Origin: an uncultured delta proteobacterium | GTDB lineage: Bacteria > Desulfobacterota > Syntrophia > Syntrophales > UBA2185 | Assembly (NCBI GenBank): GCA_963695875.1 | Contig: CAVOID010000008.1 | Coordinates: forward strand, 32,001 to 96,000 | DNA: 64,000 nt | Reading direction: 5' to 3' | In this document: piece after piece, positions 8,182 to 18,131 of the stretch | Layout of the letters: every line of letters starts with the position of its first letter | Numbering within the stretch: position 1 is the first letter of the stretch | Translations under genes and position numbers: made by a program | The notes under the pieces: generated by a model | Told to the model about the DNA's origin: nothing | The model's database searches: none | Seen by the model: the letters and a program-made list of their open reading frames with translations, nothing else

Positions 8182-11100
8182 ATGCTTGAAACTATTTTAT
8201 TCATTTCTGTTTTATTGCAAGTAATAGCTGCCGTTTTGGCTTTGAGGCTGATAAGAATAACGGAAGTCCACGCCGCATGGATTCTAATTGCCTTAGGACT
8301 TGTTCTTATGGCAGCAGGGCGTGTCGTCGATGTTTTGCCTTTTTTTTCCATTGATATAACGCCTGGGATTAAGCTTCTAAATGATTGGCTTGATGTTTAT
8401 ATATCGATCGTGATGGTCACGGGTGTGTCCTTGATTGCCCCTCTCTTTTATGCCATAAGACGGAGTGAAGAAAGGTACCGGACACTCGTTGAAAACTTAA
8501 ATGTCGGGGTGTACAGAAGCACCGGTGACTACAAAGGGCGATATCTGCAGGTTAACCCAGCTATGATAAAGATATTCGGCTACGAATCGATAGAGGAATT
8601 CATGCGTATCCCTATTGTTAATATCTATAGGCAGCCACAGGACAGGAAAAAATTCCTCAGTAAGATCAAAGAATTTGGATATGTACGAAATGAGGAGTTA
8701 GATCTCCGTAAGAAAGATGGCACACCGGTCAAGGCTTCTGTTACAGCGACTGTCCAATATGACGAAAAAGGTGATATTAAATGGATTGATGGTGTCACGG
8801 AGGACATTACTGAACGGAAGCAGGCAGAGGAGGCCTTACGGGAAAGTGAGGAGAAGTATCGCTCGCTGGCAACCACCGCAGATTCCATGTATATGATAGA
8901 CAGGGATTTCAGATATATATTAATGAACGAAAGGCATTTATCAAGGTTTGGTCTTCCGTTGGATAAGGTTATAGGCAGAACTTACGGTGACTTCCATTCC
9001 GAGCAGGCTAATAAGGAGTTCGTTGAAATTGCAGAACATGTATTTGAATCCGGTATACCTGTCCAGCACGAGTATAGAAGTGAAAGAGACAATCAGTTCT
9101 TCCTCCGAACATTTAGTCCTGTCAAAAGTCCTGACGGAAAAGCAACAATAGCTGTAACAGTGGTTTCAAAAGACATTACTGACCGCAAACAGGTAGAGGA
9201 AAAACTTAAAGAAAGCGAGCAGCGATTACACAATGTGATTCAGGGTTCTCCGATCCCCGCATTTGTCATCGGGAAAGACCACAAAGTGTTATACTGGAAT
9301 ACGGCATTGGAGGAACTTACACGGCATCAAGGCGGAGGAAGTGATCGGTACAACGCAACAATGGAGGGCATTCTACGGCACTGAGAGGCCCTGTCTGGCG
9401 GATCTCTTGGTGGACCAGAATCTGGATGCGATTCCACAGTGGTATTTTGACAAGTATATCAAGTCGAAGTTGATAGAGGAGGCATATGAGGCAACGGACT
9501 TTTTCCCGGAACTGGGGGATAATGGGAAGTGGCTGAGTTTCACGGCAGCGGCCATCAGGAATTCTCACGGGGAGCTTGTTGGCGCCATAGAGACCCTTGA
9601 AGATGTTTCTGAACGCAAGCAGGCGGAAGAGGCACTCAGAAATAGTGAGCTAAGGCTGCAAAGCGTCATTCAGAGCTCCCCCATTCCCACCTTTGTCATC
9701 GGAAAGGATCACAGGGTAATATACTGGAACAAGGCGTTGGAGGAACTCAGCGGTATCAAGGCGGAAGAGGTTATCGGCACAACGCATTACTGGAGGGCCT
9801 TCTACAGCAAAGAGAGACCTGTTATGGCGGATCTGATCGTGGACCAGGCTCTGGAAGCGATTCCCCAGTGGTATTTTGAAAAGTACGTGAAGTCCCGGTT
9901 GTTGGATGAGGCATATGAGGCAACAGACTTTTTCCCGGAACTGGGGGAGACCGGGAAGTGGCTTCGTTTTACGGCGGCGGTGATCAGGGATTTTAAGGGG
10001 AATCTTGTTGGTGCTATTGAGACCCTTGAGGATGTAACAGAGCGCAAACGGGCAGAAGAAGAGTTAAGAAGAGTTGAGAAACTTGAATCTCTCGGGATCT
10101 TTGCTGGTGGAATAGCTCATGATTTCAATAATTTACTATCTGTAATGCTGCGTAATATATTTGCTGTAAAATTGTCTTTCACCGATGGACAGCAGGAAGT
10201 TTTAGAAGAAGAGATTGAGATAGCTGAGAAGGCTGGTCTTCAGGCAAAGGAACTGGCCCACCGTCTGATTACCTTTGCTAAAGGAGGAGAACCCGTAAGA
10301 AAAATTGGCTCCATCTCGCAATTGCTTGTGAATTCAGTTGATCTGTCCCTTAGCGGTTCTAATATCAGGTGTGAATTTTCCCTGCCCAATGATCTCTGGC
10401 CTGTGGAAATGGATGATGTGCAGATCCGGCAGGTAATCAATAATCTTGTCGTTAATGCCCGTGAAGCCATGCCCGAAGGGGGCAATATAATCATCCGTGC
10501 CGAAAATGTGAATGTGACAGCAGGTAACGGTCTACCCCTGAAGGAAGGCAAGTATGTAAAATGGTCCGTTAAAGATTACGGTATAGGTATTCCTCAAGAA
10601 GATTTGCAGAAGATATATGATCCTTATTTCACGACCAAGCCGACTGGTACCGCAAGGGGAATGGGGCTGGGACTCGCAATCTGTTATTCCATTATCAAGA
10701 AACACGATGGATTTATCGATGTTGAATCCGAACCAAGTGTCGGGTCTACCTTTTTTGTGTATTTGCCTGCGTCTCCTCAAGAAGGTTTCTTAAAAAAAGA
10801 TACAATGGATCAAACCGTTACAAAGGGAGGGAAAATTCTTGTCATGGACGATGAGGAGACGGTACGCAGTGCAACAGGTATTGTCCTCAATTATCTTGGG
10901 TATGAAGTCGAATATGCAAAAAACGGAAATGAAGCTGTGGGACTTTATAGAACAGCAAAAGAAAAGGAACAGCCCTTTTCTGCGGTAATACTAGATTTAC
11001 ATGTACTGGGTGGCATGGGGGGCAAGGAGACCATGAATGAGTTATTAGCAATAGATCCATATGTCAAAGCCATCATAACATGCGGTTACTCTGATGAACC

Positions 11101-11200
11101 GAATATTTCAGAATTCAGGAAACAAGGATTCTGCCGGCCCATAGATGTTCCGTATGATATTGAAAAGATGAAGGAAATACTAGACGATCTATTGAAGTAA
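8182..11200 (+). CDS. Membrane-anchored multi-PAS hybrid sensor histidine kinase/receiver (frameshift near 9320)
   Basis: 3 N-terminal TM segments, 4 PAS/PAC units (DITERKQAEEAL), H-box GGIAHDFNN, NAREAM, DPYFTTK, GLGL, C-terminal receiver LVMDDE...ILD. Confidence 0.92.
9211..10063 (+). repeat. Intragenic tandem duplication (about 430-bp unit) of a PAS domain
   Basis: Two copies with long identical DNA runs, e.g. GAGGCATATGAGGCAAC-GACTTTTTCCCGGAACTGGGGGA near 9478 and 9908. Confidence 0.9.
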
Positions 11201-11311
11201 CATCTTATCCCACCACTTTTACTTTTTCGCCTCGACGTACTTCTTGTTCAATCAATTGCACCACAGGTAAAAAATCTTTGCGTCCTTAGTTTAATTACGT
11301 TAAAAAATGCA

Positions 11312-12199
11312 ATGGATGAATTAATTGATTATTACTTAAATTTTCTTGCAGTTGAAAAAGGGGCTTCCCGACTTACATTGGACGCCTATAGTCGCGATTT
11401 GAACAGATACATTAGCTTTATCAAGAATCATGGTATTCAAACAATTGTGGATATTACACCCGATGATGTCATTTCTTATCTGGCACAAGTCAGCAAGGAA
11501 GGGCTTAATGCGAGATCTGTGAATAGGGGGCTCGCAGCCATAAGAGGATTCTACAAGTTCCTCCTACGTGAGAAAAAAATTGACACTAACCCTGTAGCAA
11601 ATATAGAACTAGCAAAGGTTTGGACACGACTTCCGGATACATTGAGCCAGGAGGAAATGAACCTGCTTCTGGCTCAGCCAGGCATAAAAACCCCTGCTGC
11701 CGTTCGGGATACGGCTATGATGGAGCTGATGTATGCAACGGGAATTCGCGTCTCGGAATTGATTTCTTTGACCATGAATAATATTAAGTGGCAGATAAGA
11801 ATTCTGGTTGTTATGGGAAAGGGCAGCAAAGAACGCATTGTTCCCATAGGAAGATCGGCGTATGATAGCCTGCAGGAATATATAGATCAGGCAAGACCAC
11901 ATTTTATAAAGGGACAGAGAACGAATATCATCTTTCTCAATAGATCGGGAGAAGGATTTACACGTCAGGGTTTCTGGAAGATTGTGAAAAGGTACGCAAA
12001 CAAAGCCGGTTTTCAAAAAAAGGTCCATCCACATACTTTCAGACACTCTTTTGCATCTCATTTACTCGAAGGAGGGGCCGATCTTCGCTCTGTTCAGATT
12101 ATGCTCGGGCATGCAGATATATCAACGACACAAATATATACACACATTACTCGTGAAAGATTGAAATGCATTCATAAGCAGTACCATCCAAGAGGTTGA
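11312..12199 (+). CDS. xerD: Site-specific tyrosine recombinase XerD
   Basis: LMYATGIRVSEL, GKGSKERIVP, HPHTFRHSFASHLLEGGADLRSVQIMLGHADISTTQIYTH, HPR end. Confidence 0.93.
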   Translation: MDELIDYYLNFLAVEKGASRLTLDAYSRDLNRYISFIKNHGIQTIVDITPDDVISYLAQVSKEGLNARSVNRGLAAIRGFYKFLLREKKIDTNPVANIELAKVWTRLPDTLSQEEMNLLLAQPGIKTPAAVRDTAMMELMYATGIRVSELISLTMNNIKWQIRILVVMGKGSKERIVPIGRSAYDSLQEYIDQARPHFIKGQRTNIIFLNRSGEGFTRQGFWKIVKRYANKAGFQKKVHPHTFRHSFASHLLEGGADLRSVQIMLGHADISTTQIYTHITRERLKCIHKQYHPRG

Positions 12200-12206
12200 T
12201 AAAGGG

Positions 12207-14243
12207 ATGCAAAGGCAAATCATGGAAAATAACATACCGAATAGAAAAGGGAAGAGATCTGAGAGGCCGAATAAGCGTCCCATTATTGTGGGAAGTATAT
12301 TAGCTGTGGCTGTGGTACTTGTTGTTTCCTGGATTTCTGTCAATTATCTTTTTTTTGAGAAAGTACGTGAGTCTCCTATTAGTCTTATAAGACTAAAAAA
12401 CATGTTTTCATTTGTCTTTCTCGGGGACAAACCGGAGTTATATTATTTGGATATAGAAAAAAGCGGAAAAGACTATAAACTGAGAAAGGGTGATATTTTT
12501 GATGTTTCTTATCGTGATGAATTTGTTGTCAAAGACATTTCTACAGATGTTTTTTTCGGTCGTGGAATATCAGTAAATGTTGAAGGTTTCGGTGAACAGG
12601 ATCATTTCAGGGTGATGCTCAGAGGTATTGATCTGGTTGATAAAATTCTCATGGCCCGTGGGAAGAGCATGGATAAAGCAGCAATTGAAGCTGGTAGTAT
12701 TATAGTTAAATATCACGACAAGACCATTGCATCCATTCCGATGAGAGTCATTGTTACACCCCAGGATTGGCTTAGATATGCTAAAAATTCGGAGAATCAA
12801 CTCGCGCAGATCGAGTATCTCAAAAGGGCTATAGCCATGAATAAAAATGACATAGGCGTCCGAAAGATGCTGGCAGCACTCTATTATCGATCAGGCAATT
12901 TAGATAAAGCAATTGTTCAGTATAACAGTATTATCACAATGAAGCCCGATGATGTTACGGCTTTAATAGAGCTTATGAAGTGTTATATTGCTGCTAAGGA
13001 CAATAATAAAGCGATCAAGACGGGCGTTAAGTTGCTTAAAATAAGTCCCCAAAATGCCTCTGTCTATGCCAATATTGCGTATGCATACAGCAATACTGGA
13101 GCTTGGGAGAAGGCCATTGTTAACTATAAGGAGTCGTTGAGGTTAAATCCTAATGACATAGAGGTGCGATTTAAACTTGGAGAGGCTTATGAGAAAGCCA
13201 AAGATTTTAAAGGTGCAATTGAACAGTATAAGTATGCCTCGTCAAAGGCACGAGAATCTGAGCATGTAATGATTGCGTTGGCTGGTGCCTACCTTAAGTC
13301 CGGAAACTATGATGACTCTATAAGATTGTATAGGGAAATTATTGCAAGGCAGCCAAGAAATGCCTCGGCCTATGCGAACTTGGGCGTTGCCTATGGTGGA
13401 AAGGGACAGTGGAAGGAAGAAGTGGAGAATTATAAGAAGTCAATCTCACTAAATCCAAAAGATCATGTTGTTCACTTTAATCTTGCTGCTGCCTATGAAA
13501 AGAGAAGCCAGGATCAGGAAGCATATCGTGAGTATCAAAATATACTGAGGATAAACCCGGGTAATCTTGAAGCCCTCATTAGATTGGCAGACATCGACTT
13601 TAAGAATAAACGTTACGGTGACGCTATCAGACTTTATGAGAAACTTGTGAAATCCTCACCCCCAAAAGCATCCATTTATGCTAATCTTGGATTTGCGTAC
13701 GGAGAACTTAAAAAATACAAACAGTCTTCTGAAAACTATGAGAAGTCAATTAAGTATGGGACAAAAGATCCGCAGGTCTATAATAATCTTGCTTTTACAT
13801 ATGGTAAACTTGGCAGGACGAAAGACGCAATTCGAGAATATGAAAGATTTGCTATCTCTCATCCTACCATAGAAGTTTTGGATATCTTGGCGGATTATTA
13901 TATGAAGGAAAGGCATTATGAAAACGCCATTAAAACTTATAAGAAAATGACGACCCTCAATCCTAAGAGGGCGTCTACTTACTCAAGTCTCGGGTATGTA
14001 TACGGCCTTAAGAATGATATCGATAAGGAAATTCAATATTACAAAATTTCACTGCAGCATGATGCGGAGGATGATGATGTTTATTTAAATCTGGGAGCGG
14101 CATATGAAAAGAAGGGGATGTATCAGGATGCCCTCAAAGCATATACAACTGCCTATGAGTTGAATCCTGATTCGAGTAACGCTGCTAAAAAAATTCCTGC
14201 ACTAAAAATCAAGCTATTGCAACAAAAGCATAAGGCATCATGA
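12207..14243 (+). CDS. Membrane-anchored tetratricopeptide-repeat protein
   Basis: N-terminal TM helix followed by many TPR units (YANLGVAY...A...YKK.I.LNP). Confidence 0.88.
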   Translation: MQRQIMENNIPNRKGKRSERPNKRPIIVGSILAVAVVLVVSWISVNYLFFEKVRESPISLIRLKNMFSFVFLGDKPELYYLDIEKSGKDYKLRKGDIFDVSYRDEFVVKDISTDVFFGRGISVNVEGFGEQDHFRVMLRGIDLVDKILMARGKSMDKAAIEAGSIIVKYHDKTIASIPMRVIVTPQDWLRYAKNSENQLAQIEYLKRAIAMNKNDIGVRKMLAALYYRSGNLDKAIVQYNSIITMKPDDVTALIELMKCYIAAKDNNKAIKTGVKLLKISPQNASVYANIAYAYSNTGAWEKAIVNYKESLRLNPNDIEVRFKLGEAYEKAKDFKGAIEQYKYASSKARESEHVMIALAGAYLKSGNYDDSIRLYREIIARQPRNASAYANLGVAYGGKGQWKEEVENYKKSISLNPKDHVVHFNLAAAYEKRSQDQEAYREYQNILRINPGNLEALIRLADIDFKNKRYGDAIRLYEKLVKSSPPKASIYANLGFAYGELKKYKQSSENYEKSIKYGTKDPQVYNNLAFTYGKLGRTKDAIREYERFAISHPTIEVLDILADYYMKERHYENAIKTYKKMTTLNPKRASTYSSLGYVYGLKNDIDKEIQYYKISLQHDAEDDDVYLNLGAAYEKKGMYQDALKAYTTAYELNPDSSNAAKKIPALKIKLLQQKHKAS

Positions 14244-14321
14244 CTCAAGAAATAGAAGCAGGGGAACTGACGGGCCAAGAAAAAATACTATCATGTTGTC
14301 AGAATGGAGAAGGGGTAAAGA

Positions 14322-15164
14322 ATGATGAGGAAGATTATTCTGGATGATGTGATCATTGGAGACGGGGCTCCATTTGTTCTGATTGCAGGTCCTTGTGTCA
14401 TTGAAGAAGAAGAGATTACGAGGGAAATTGCACTGTTTCTCAAAAACATTACCGGACAATTGAAAATACCTTTCATATTCAAAGCATCATATGACAAAGC
14501 AAACAGGACGTCCGTGGATTCTTTCAGAGGACCTGGCATTACAAAGGGACTTCAGATTTTAGCTGCTATAAAAAAGGATTTTGGTGTCCATATCCTTTCA
14601 GATGTGCATCGCTTTGAAGAAATAAAGCCGGCTGCAGAGGTTATTGACGTGGTACAGATACCGGCTTTTCTATGCCGACAGACTGACTTTGTCATCGAAG
14701 TTGCCATTAATGCAAAGATCGTTAATATCAAAAAGGGTCAGTTTCTTGCTCCGTGGGATGTAAAGAATATACTTGAAAAGGCATCGTCAACGGGGAACGA
14801 AAATATAATGATAACGGAAAGAGGAGCAACTTTTGGATACAATAATCTTGTGGCCGATTATCGCTCGCTCCCCATATTAAGAGAGATGGGTTATCCCGTG
14901 ATATTCGATGCTACACACAGTGTTCAATTACCCGGAGGAATGGGCACTGCTTCCGGCGGCCAGAACGATATGGTTCCCTATCTTTCGCGGGCAGCCGTTG
15001 CGGTTGGAGTTGATGGCCTCTTCTTGGAAGTGCACCCAAATCCTGAATGTGCTAAGTGCGATGGTCCAAATTCAGTGCGACTTGACTCACTTTCTGATCT
15101 CCTTTGTACACTAATGGAGATTGACGCGATAATCAAAAGAAAGATGAATATTGAGAAAAAGTAA
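14322..15164 (+). CDS. kdsA: 3-deoxy-8-phosphooctulonate (KDO8P) synthase
   Basis: IAGPCVIE, KASYDKANRTS, QIPAFLCRQTD, KKGQFLAP, DATHSVQ. Confidence 0.96.
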   Translation: MMRKIILDDVIIGDGAPFVLIAGPCVIEEEEITREIALFLKNITGQLKIPFIFKASYDKANRTSVDSFRGPGITKGLQILAAIKKDFGVHILSDVHRFEEIKPAAEVIDVVQIPAFLCRQTDFVIEVAINAKIVNIKKGQFLAPWDVKNILEKASSTGNENIMITERGATFGYNNLVADYRSLPILREMGYPVIFDATHSVQLPGGMGTASGGQNDMVPYLSRAAVAVGVDGLFLEVHPNPECAKCDGPNSVRLDSLSDLLCTLMEIDAIIKRKMNIEKK

Positions 15165-15177
15165 AAGCGGGGTAGGT

Positions 15178-15723
15178 ATGGTAAACGTGGTTGTGGATAA
15201 GGTGTTGACTGATAAGATTAGAACAATCTGTCTCCTGGTTCTGGATGTTGACGGAGTCATGACGGATGGGAAAATAATAATTGATGACCTGGGGCGGGAA
15301 ACTAAAAATTTTGATGTGAAGGATGGGCACGGGATCAAGATATTGATGAGGTATGGTATTGATGTCATCCTGTTGACAGGAAGGCGATCAGTTGCAGTTG
15401 ATCATCGTGCCAAAGATCTAGGTATCGTAGAGGTTCATCAGGGTGTTCTTAACAAGCTAGAAATCTTCGAGGAGATTCTCCAAAAAAGGTCTCTGCATTA
15501 CGAAAATATAGCATTCATCGGAGACGATATAGTAGATATCCCTCTGCTAAAGAGGGTCGGTTTCTCTGTTGCTGTAGCTGATGCGTCTGAAGATGTTAAG
15601 AAATGTGTTGACTATAATACAAAAAAAACTGGCGGGGATGGTGCCGTGAGGGAAGTGTGTGAGCTCATACTACGGGCCCAGGGCAAATGGGTTGATGTGG
15701 CAAAAATGTATGAGTTTCTTTAG
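15178..15723 (+). CDS. kdsC: KDO8P phosphatase (HAD)
   Basis: LDVDGVMTDG, FDVKDGHGI, GDDIVD, GGDGAVRE. Confidence 0.93.
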   Translation: MVNVVVDKVLTDKIRTICLLVLDVDGVMTDGKIIIDDLGRETKNFDVKDGHGIKILMRYGIDVILLTGRRSVAVDHRAKDLGIVEVHQGVLNKLEIFEEILQKRSLHYENIAFIGDDIVDIPLLKRVGFSVAVADASEDVKKCVDYNTKKTGGDGAVREVCELILRAQGKWVDVAKMYEFL

Positions 15724-15744
15724 ATTATAAAATGGTTAGTAAAT

Positions 15745-15801
15745 AATGCTTTCGCAAAAAGTTGAGTATTTAATAGAGAATGGACTTGTTGTGATACCGT
15801 G
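15745..15801. repeat. Short degenerate copy (termini only) of the dispersed intergenic element
   Basis: AATGCTTTCGCAAAAAGTT ... GACTTGTTGTGATACCGT imperfect inverted pair resembling the termini at 17172 and 49020. Confidence 0.4.
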
Positions 15802-15926
15802 AGTGGGTGCGTTTGAACTTTACATATCGGAAAACGGATGATATAAAAAAAGAAAGGCTTTGAAGGAATTATTCTCATGATAAATAAGTGAGAATATAAA
15901 AATGACTTTCTAAGAAAAGCAGGATA

Positions 15927-16478
15927 ATGAAGTTTAATAAAAGGATAATTATAATCACCATGGTGATTGCCATAGTTGTTTCAGTGGCGGCTGTTATAAT
16001 GATTATGGACAGTAGAGACTCTTCCCAAGGCCCCCCGCTTATGATCATGTCGGACAATGTCGATCTCCAGGTTAAGAATATTAACTATACGGATGTAGGA
16101 GATTCAGGCTTAAAATGGGAGATCAAAGCGTATAGTGCCAAGTACCTTAAAAGTGAAAACCTTGCCATGTTTGATCAGGTAAGGGTCAAACTCGTAATGG
16201 AAGATGGAAGGGTCATTATTATGACAGGCGATAAAGCTAAGTTACGCACGGATACAAAGGATATGGAAATTTCCGGGAACGTGAAGATTGTCTCTGATAA
16301 GGGTGATAACCTGACTACAGACATTTTGAAATATTCAGGTTCAGAACGACGACTTTATACTGAAGCTGCTGTTACAATGGAAAATGACCGCATGCAGGTT
16401 AGAGGCGTGGGGATGAACATTTCGTTAGAAGATAAGGATGTCGCTTTATTATCCAGAGTGAAGGCCCATGTAAAATAG
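15927..16478 (+). CDS. lptC: LPS export protein LptC
   Basis: N-terminal TM plus beta-jellyroll-like sequence (KWEIKAYSA...); position between kdsC and lptA. Confidence 0.85.
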   Translation: MKFNKRIIIITMVIAIVVSVAAVIMIMDSRDSSQGPPLMIMSDNVDLQVKNINYTDVGDSGLKWEIKAYSAKYLKSENLAMFDQVRVKLVMEDGRVIIMTGDKAKLRTDTKDMEISGNVKIVSDKGDNLTTDILKYSGSERRLYTEAAVTMENDRMQVRGVGMNISLEDKDVALLSRVKAHVK

Positions 16479-16538
16479 TGCGACCGGGAGTGTATTTGGC
16501 TAGTACTAAACCAGGGGCATAGTGCTTCATGACTATAT

Positions 16539-17105
16539 ATGGACTTTGATATGAGAAATAAAATAATCATTTCTTTGATACTGACTTTTGTAACTTTTTC
16601 ATATTTGGGAGCCAAGGAAATTGATGCGAAGAAGAAACCAAAAATAGACAGGGATCAACCGATACAGATTGTTTCTAAACGCATGGATGCTTACAATGAA
16701 GAAAGAATGGTAGTCTTTTCGGGAAATGCAGTAGCCACACAGGGGGATAAAGTTATAAAATCGGACCGTCTCTTGTTTTATTATAAAAAAGATTCACGGG
16801 TGCCTGAAAAGACTGGTTCCCAGAATATCGGGAGCACCGGAGATTTGGAGAAAATTGAAGCGAAAGGTCATGTTACAATAACGCAGGGTCAGAGGGTTGT
16901 AACAGGTGAAAATGCTGTTTTTTATCAAGATTCACAAGAGATTATTGTGACAGGTAGTGCTGTAATGAGTGAGGGGAAAAACGTCATTCAGGGTGACAGG
17001 ATAGTGGTATATCTTAATGAAGACAGGGGTGTTGTTGAAGGCCTTGAAAAAAACAGAGTTAATGCTACAATATATCCTGAGGACAGGAAAGACAAAAAAA
17101 AATAG
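16539..17105 (+). CDS. lptA: LPS transport periplasmic protein LptA
   Basis: Signal peptide, PIQIVS, VFSGNAVATQGD, IEAKGHV; synteny. Confidence 0.88.
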   Translation: MDFDMRNKIIISLILTFVTFSYLGAKEIDAKKKPKIDRDQPIQIVSKRMDAYNEERMVVFSGNAVATQGDKVIKSDRLLFYYKKDSRVPEKTGSQNIGSTGDLEKIEAKGHVTITQGQRVVTGENAVFYQDSQEIIVTGSAVMSEGKNVIQGDRIVVYLNEDRGVVEGLEKNRVNATIYPEDRKDKKK

Positions 17106-17171
17106 AACGCCTGCTGCAGAATTTTTCAAGTTTCGTCATGTTAATGCGATAGATCACAAGCGTATAAATGG

Positions 17172-17322
17172 TGACGACTTCGTAAAAAGTCCCTCTGCTT
17201 TCGCAGAGGCAGTCGCCTGTTGCGTTGCGCTTCATGTCTCGTCTTTGCAGCGGAAGTCTGTTAACTACTCATTCCCGGGTATTTGCGCACCTTACCTCTG
17301 GGGTTTTTTACAATACGATCAA
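17172..17322 (+). repeat. Dispersed MITE/REP-like intergenic element, copy between lptA and lptB
   Basis: TGACGACTTCGTAAAAAGTCC start, CCTCTGC-TTTC-GCAGAGG hairpin, GCGTTGCGCTTCAT, ATTCCCGGGTATTTGCGCACCTT, end GGGTTTTTTACAATACGATCA; alignable by eye with 46419-46544 (reverse) and 49020-49220. Confidence 0.7.
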
Positions 17323-17347
17323 GTTGATATACAGGTGTTTTGAATTA

Positions 17348-18070
17348 ATGGAACAACTATCAGCGAAAGGATTGGTGAAAAATTATGGGAGCAGGGTCGT
17401 CGTTAATAAGGTTGACTTGGAAATAAATCCTGGGGAAGTTGTAGGTCTTTTAGGTCCAAATGGAGCGGGTAAAACTACTACATTTTATATCATTGTCGGT
17501 TTAATATGGCCGGATAGCGGTAGAATCTTTTTAAACGGAGATGATGTAAGTAAATGTCCTATGTACATCCGGGCAAGAAAAGGATTAAATTACTTACCCC
17601 AGGAACCTTCAATATTCAGAAAGCTGAGCGTGGAAGAAAACATCATGGCAATTCTCGAGACACTGAATATAGATAAAAGGGAGAGAAAAAGACGACTGGA
17701 AGAGCTGCTTGGAGAACTCGATATTTCCCATCTGGCAAAAGCTCGTGCATATTCTTTGTCAGGTGGAGAAAGAAGGCGGGTCGAGATTACAAGGGCTCTC
17801 GTCACATCTCCTATGTATATTCTCCTTGATGAACCATTTGCAGGGATTGATCCTCTAGCCGTGGCGGACATTCAGCGAATCATATTTAAACTGAAATCTA
17901 AAGGGATCGGTGTTGTCATATCCGATCACAATGTAAGAGAAACACTCTCCGTTTGTGACAGGGCCTACATCGTCAATGAGGGAACTGTTATGGTGGAAGG
18001 TGATCCCGAGACGATAGCCAATTGCGAAATTGCACGAAAAATTTATTTGGGAGAGGATTTTTACCTCTGA
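17348..18070 (+). CDS. lptB: LPS export ABC transporter ATP-binding protein
   Basis: GPNGAGKTT, YLPQEPSIF, LSGGERRRVEI, DEPFAGIDP, DHNVRETL. Confidence 0.96.
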   Translation: MEQLSAKGLVKNYGSRVVVNKVDLEINPGEVVGLLGPNGAGKTTTFYIIVGLIWPDSGRIFLNGDDVSKCPMYIRARKGLNYLPQEPSIFRKLSVEENIMAILETLNIDKRERKRRLEELLGELDISHLAKARAYSLSGGERRRVEITRALVTSPMYILLDEPFAGIDPLAVADIQRIIFKLKSKGIGVVISDHNVRETLSVCDRAYIVNEGTVMVEGDPETIANCEIARKIYLGEDFYL

Positions 18071-18131
18071 AAAATTGCTATGCTTAAAAAGGGAAAAAAC
18101 AATAATATAGTTGTAGTTAGGCATTAAAGAA

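Noticed and set aside
11312..12199. Tyrosine recombinase as a phage or island integrase
   Set aside because: Size and motifs match housekeeping XerD; no att sites, tRNA or mobile genes nearby
17225..17347. 41-aa N-terminal extension of LptB in the ORF track
   Set aside because: It is read-through of the intergenic repeat element; LptB homology begins at the ATG at 17348
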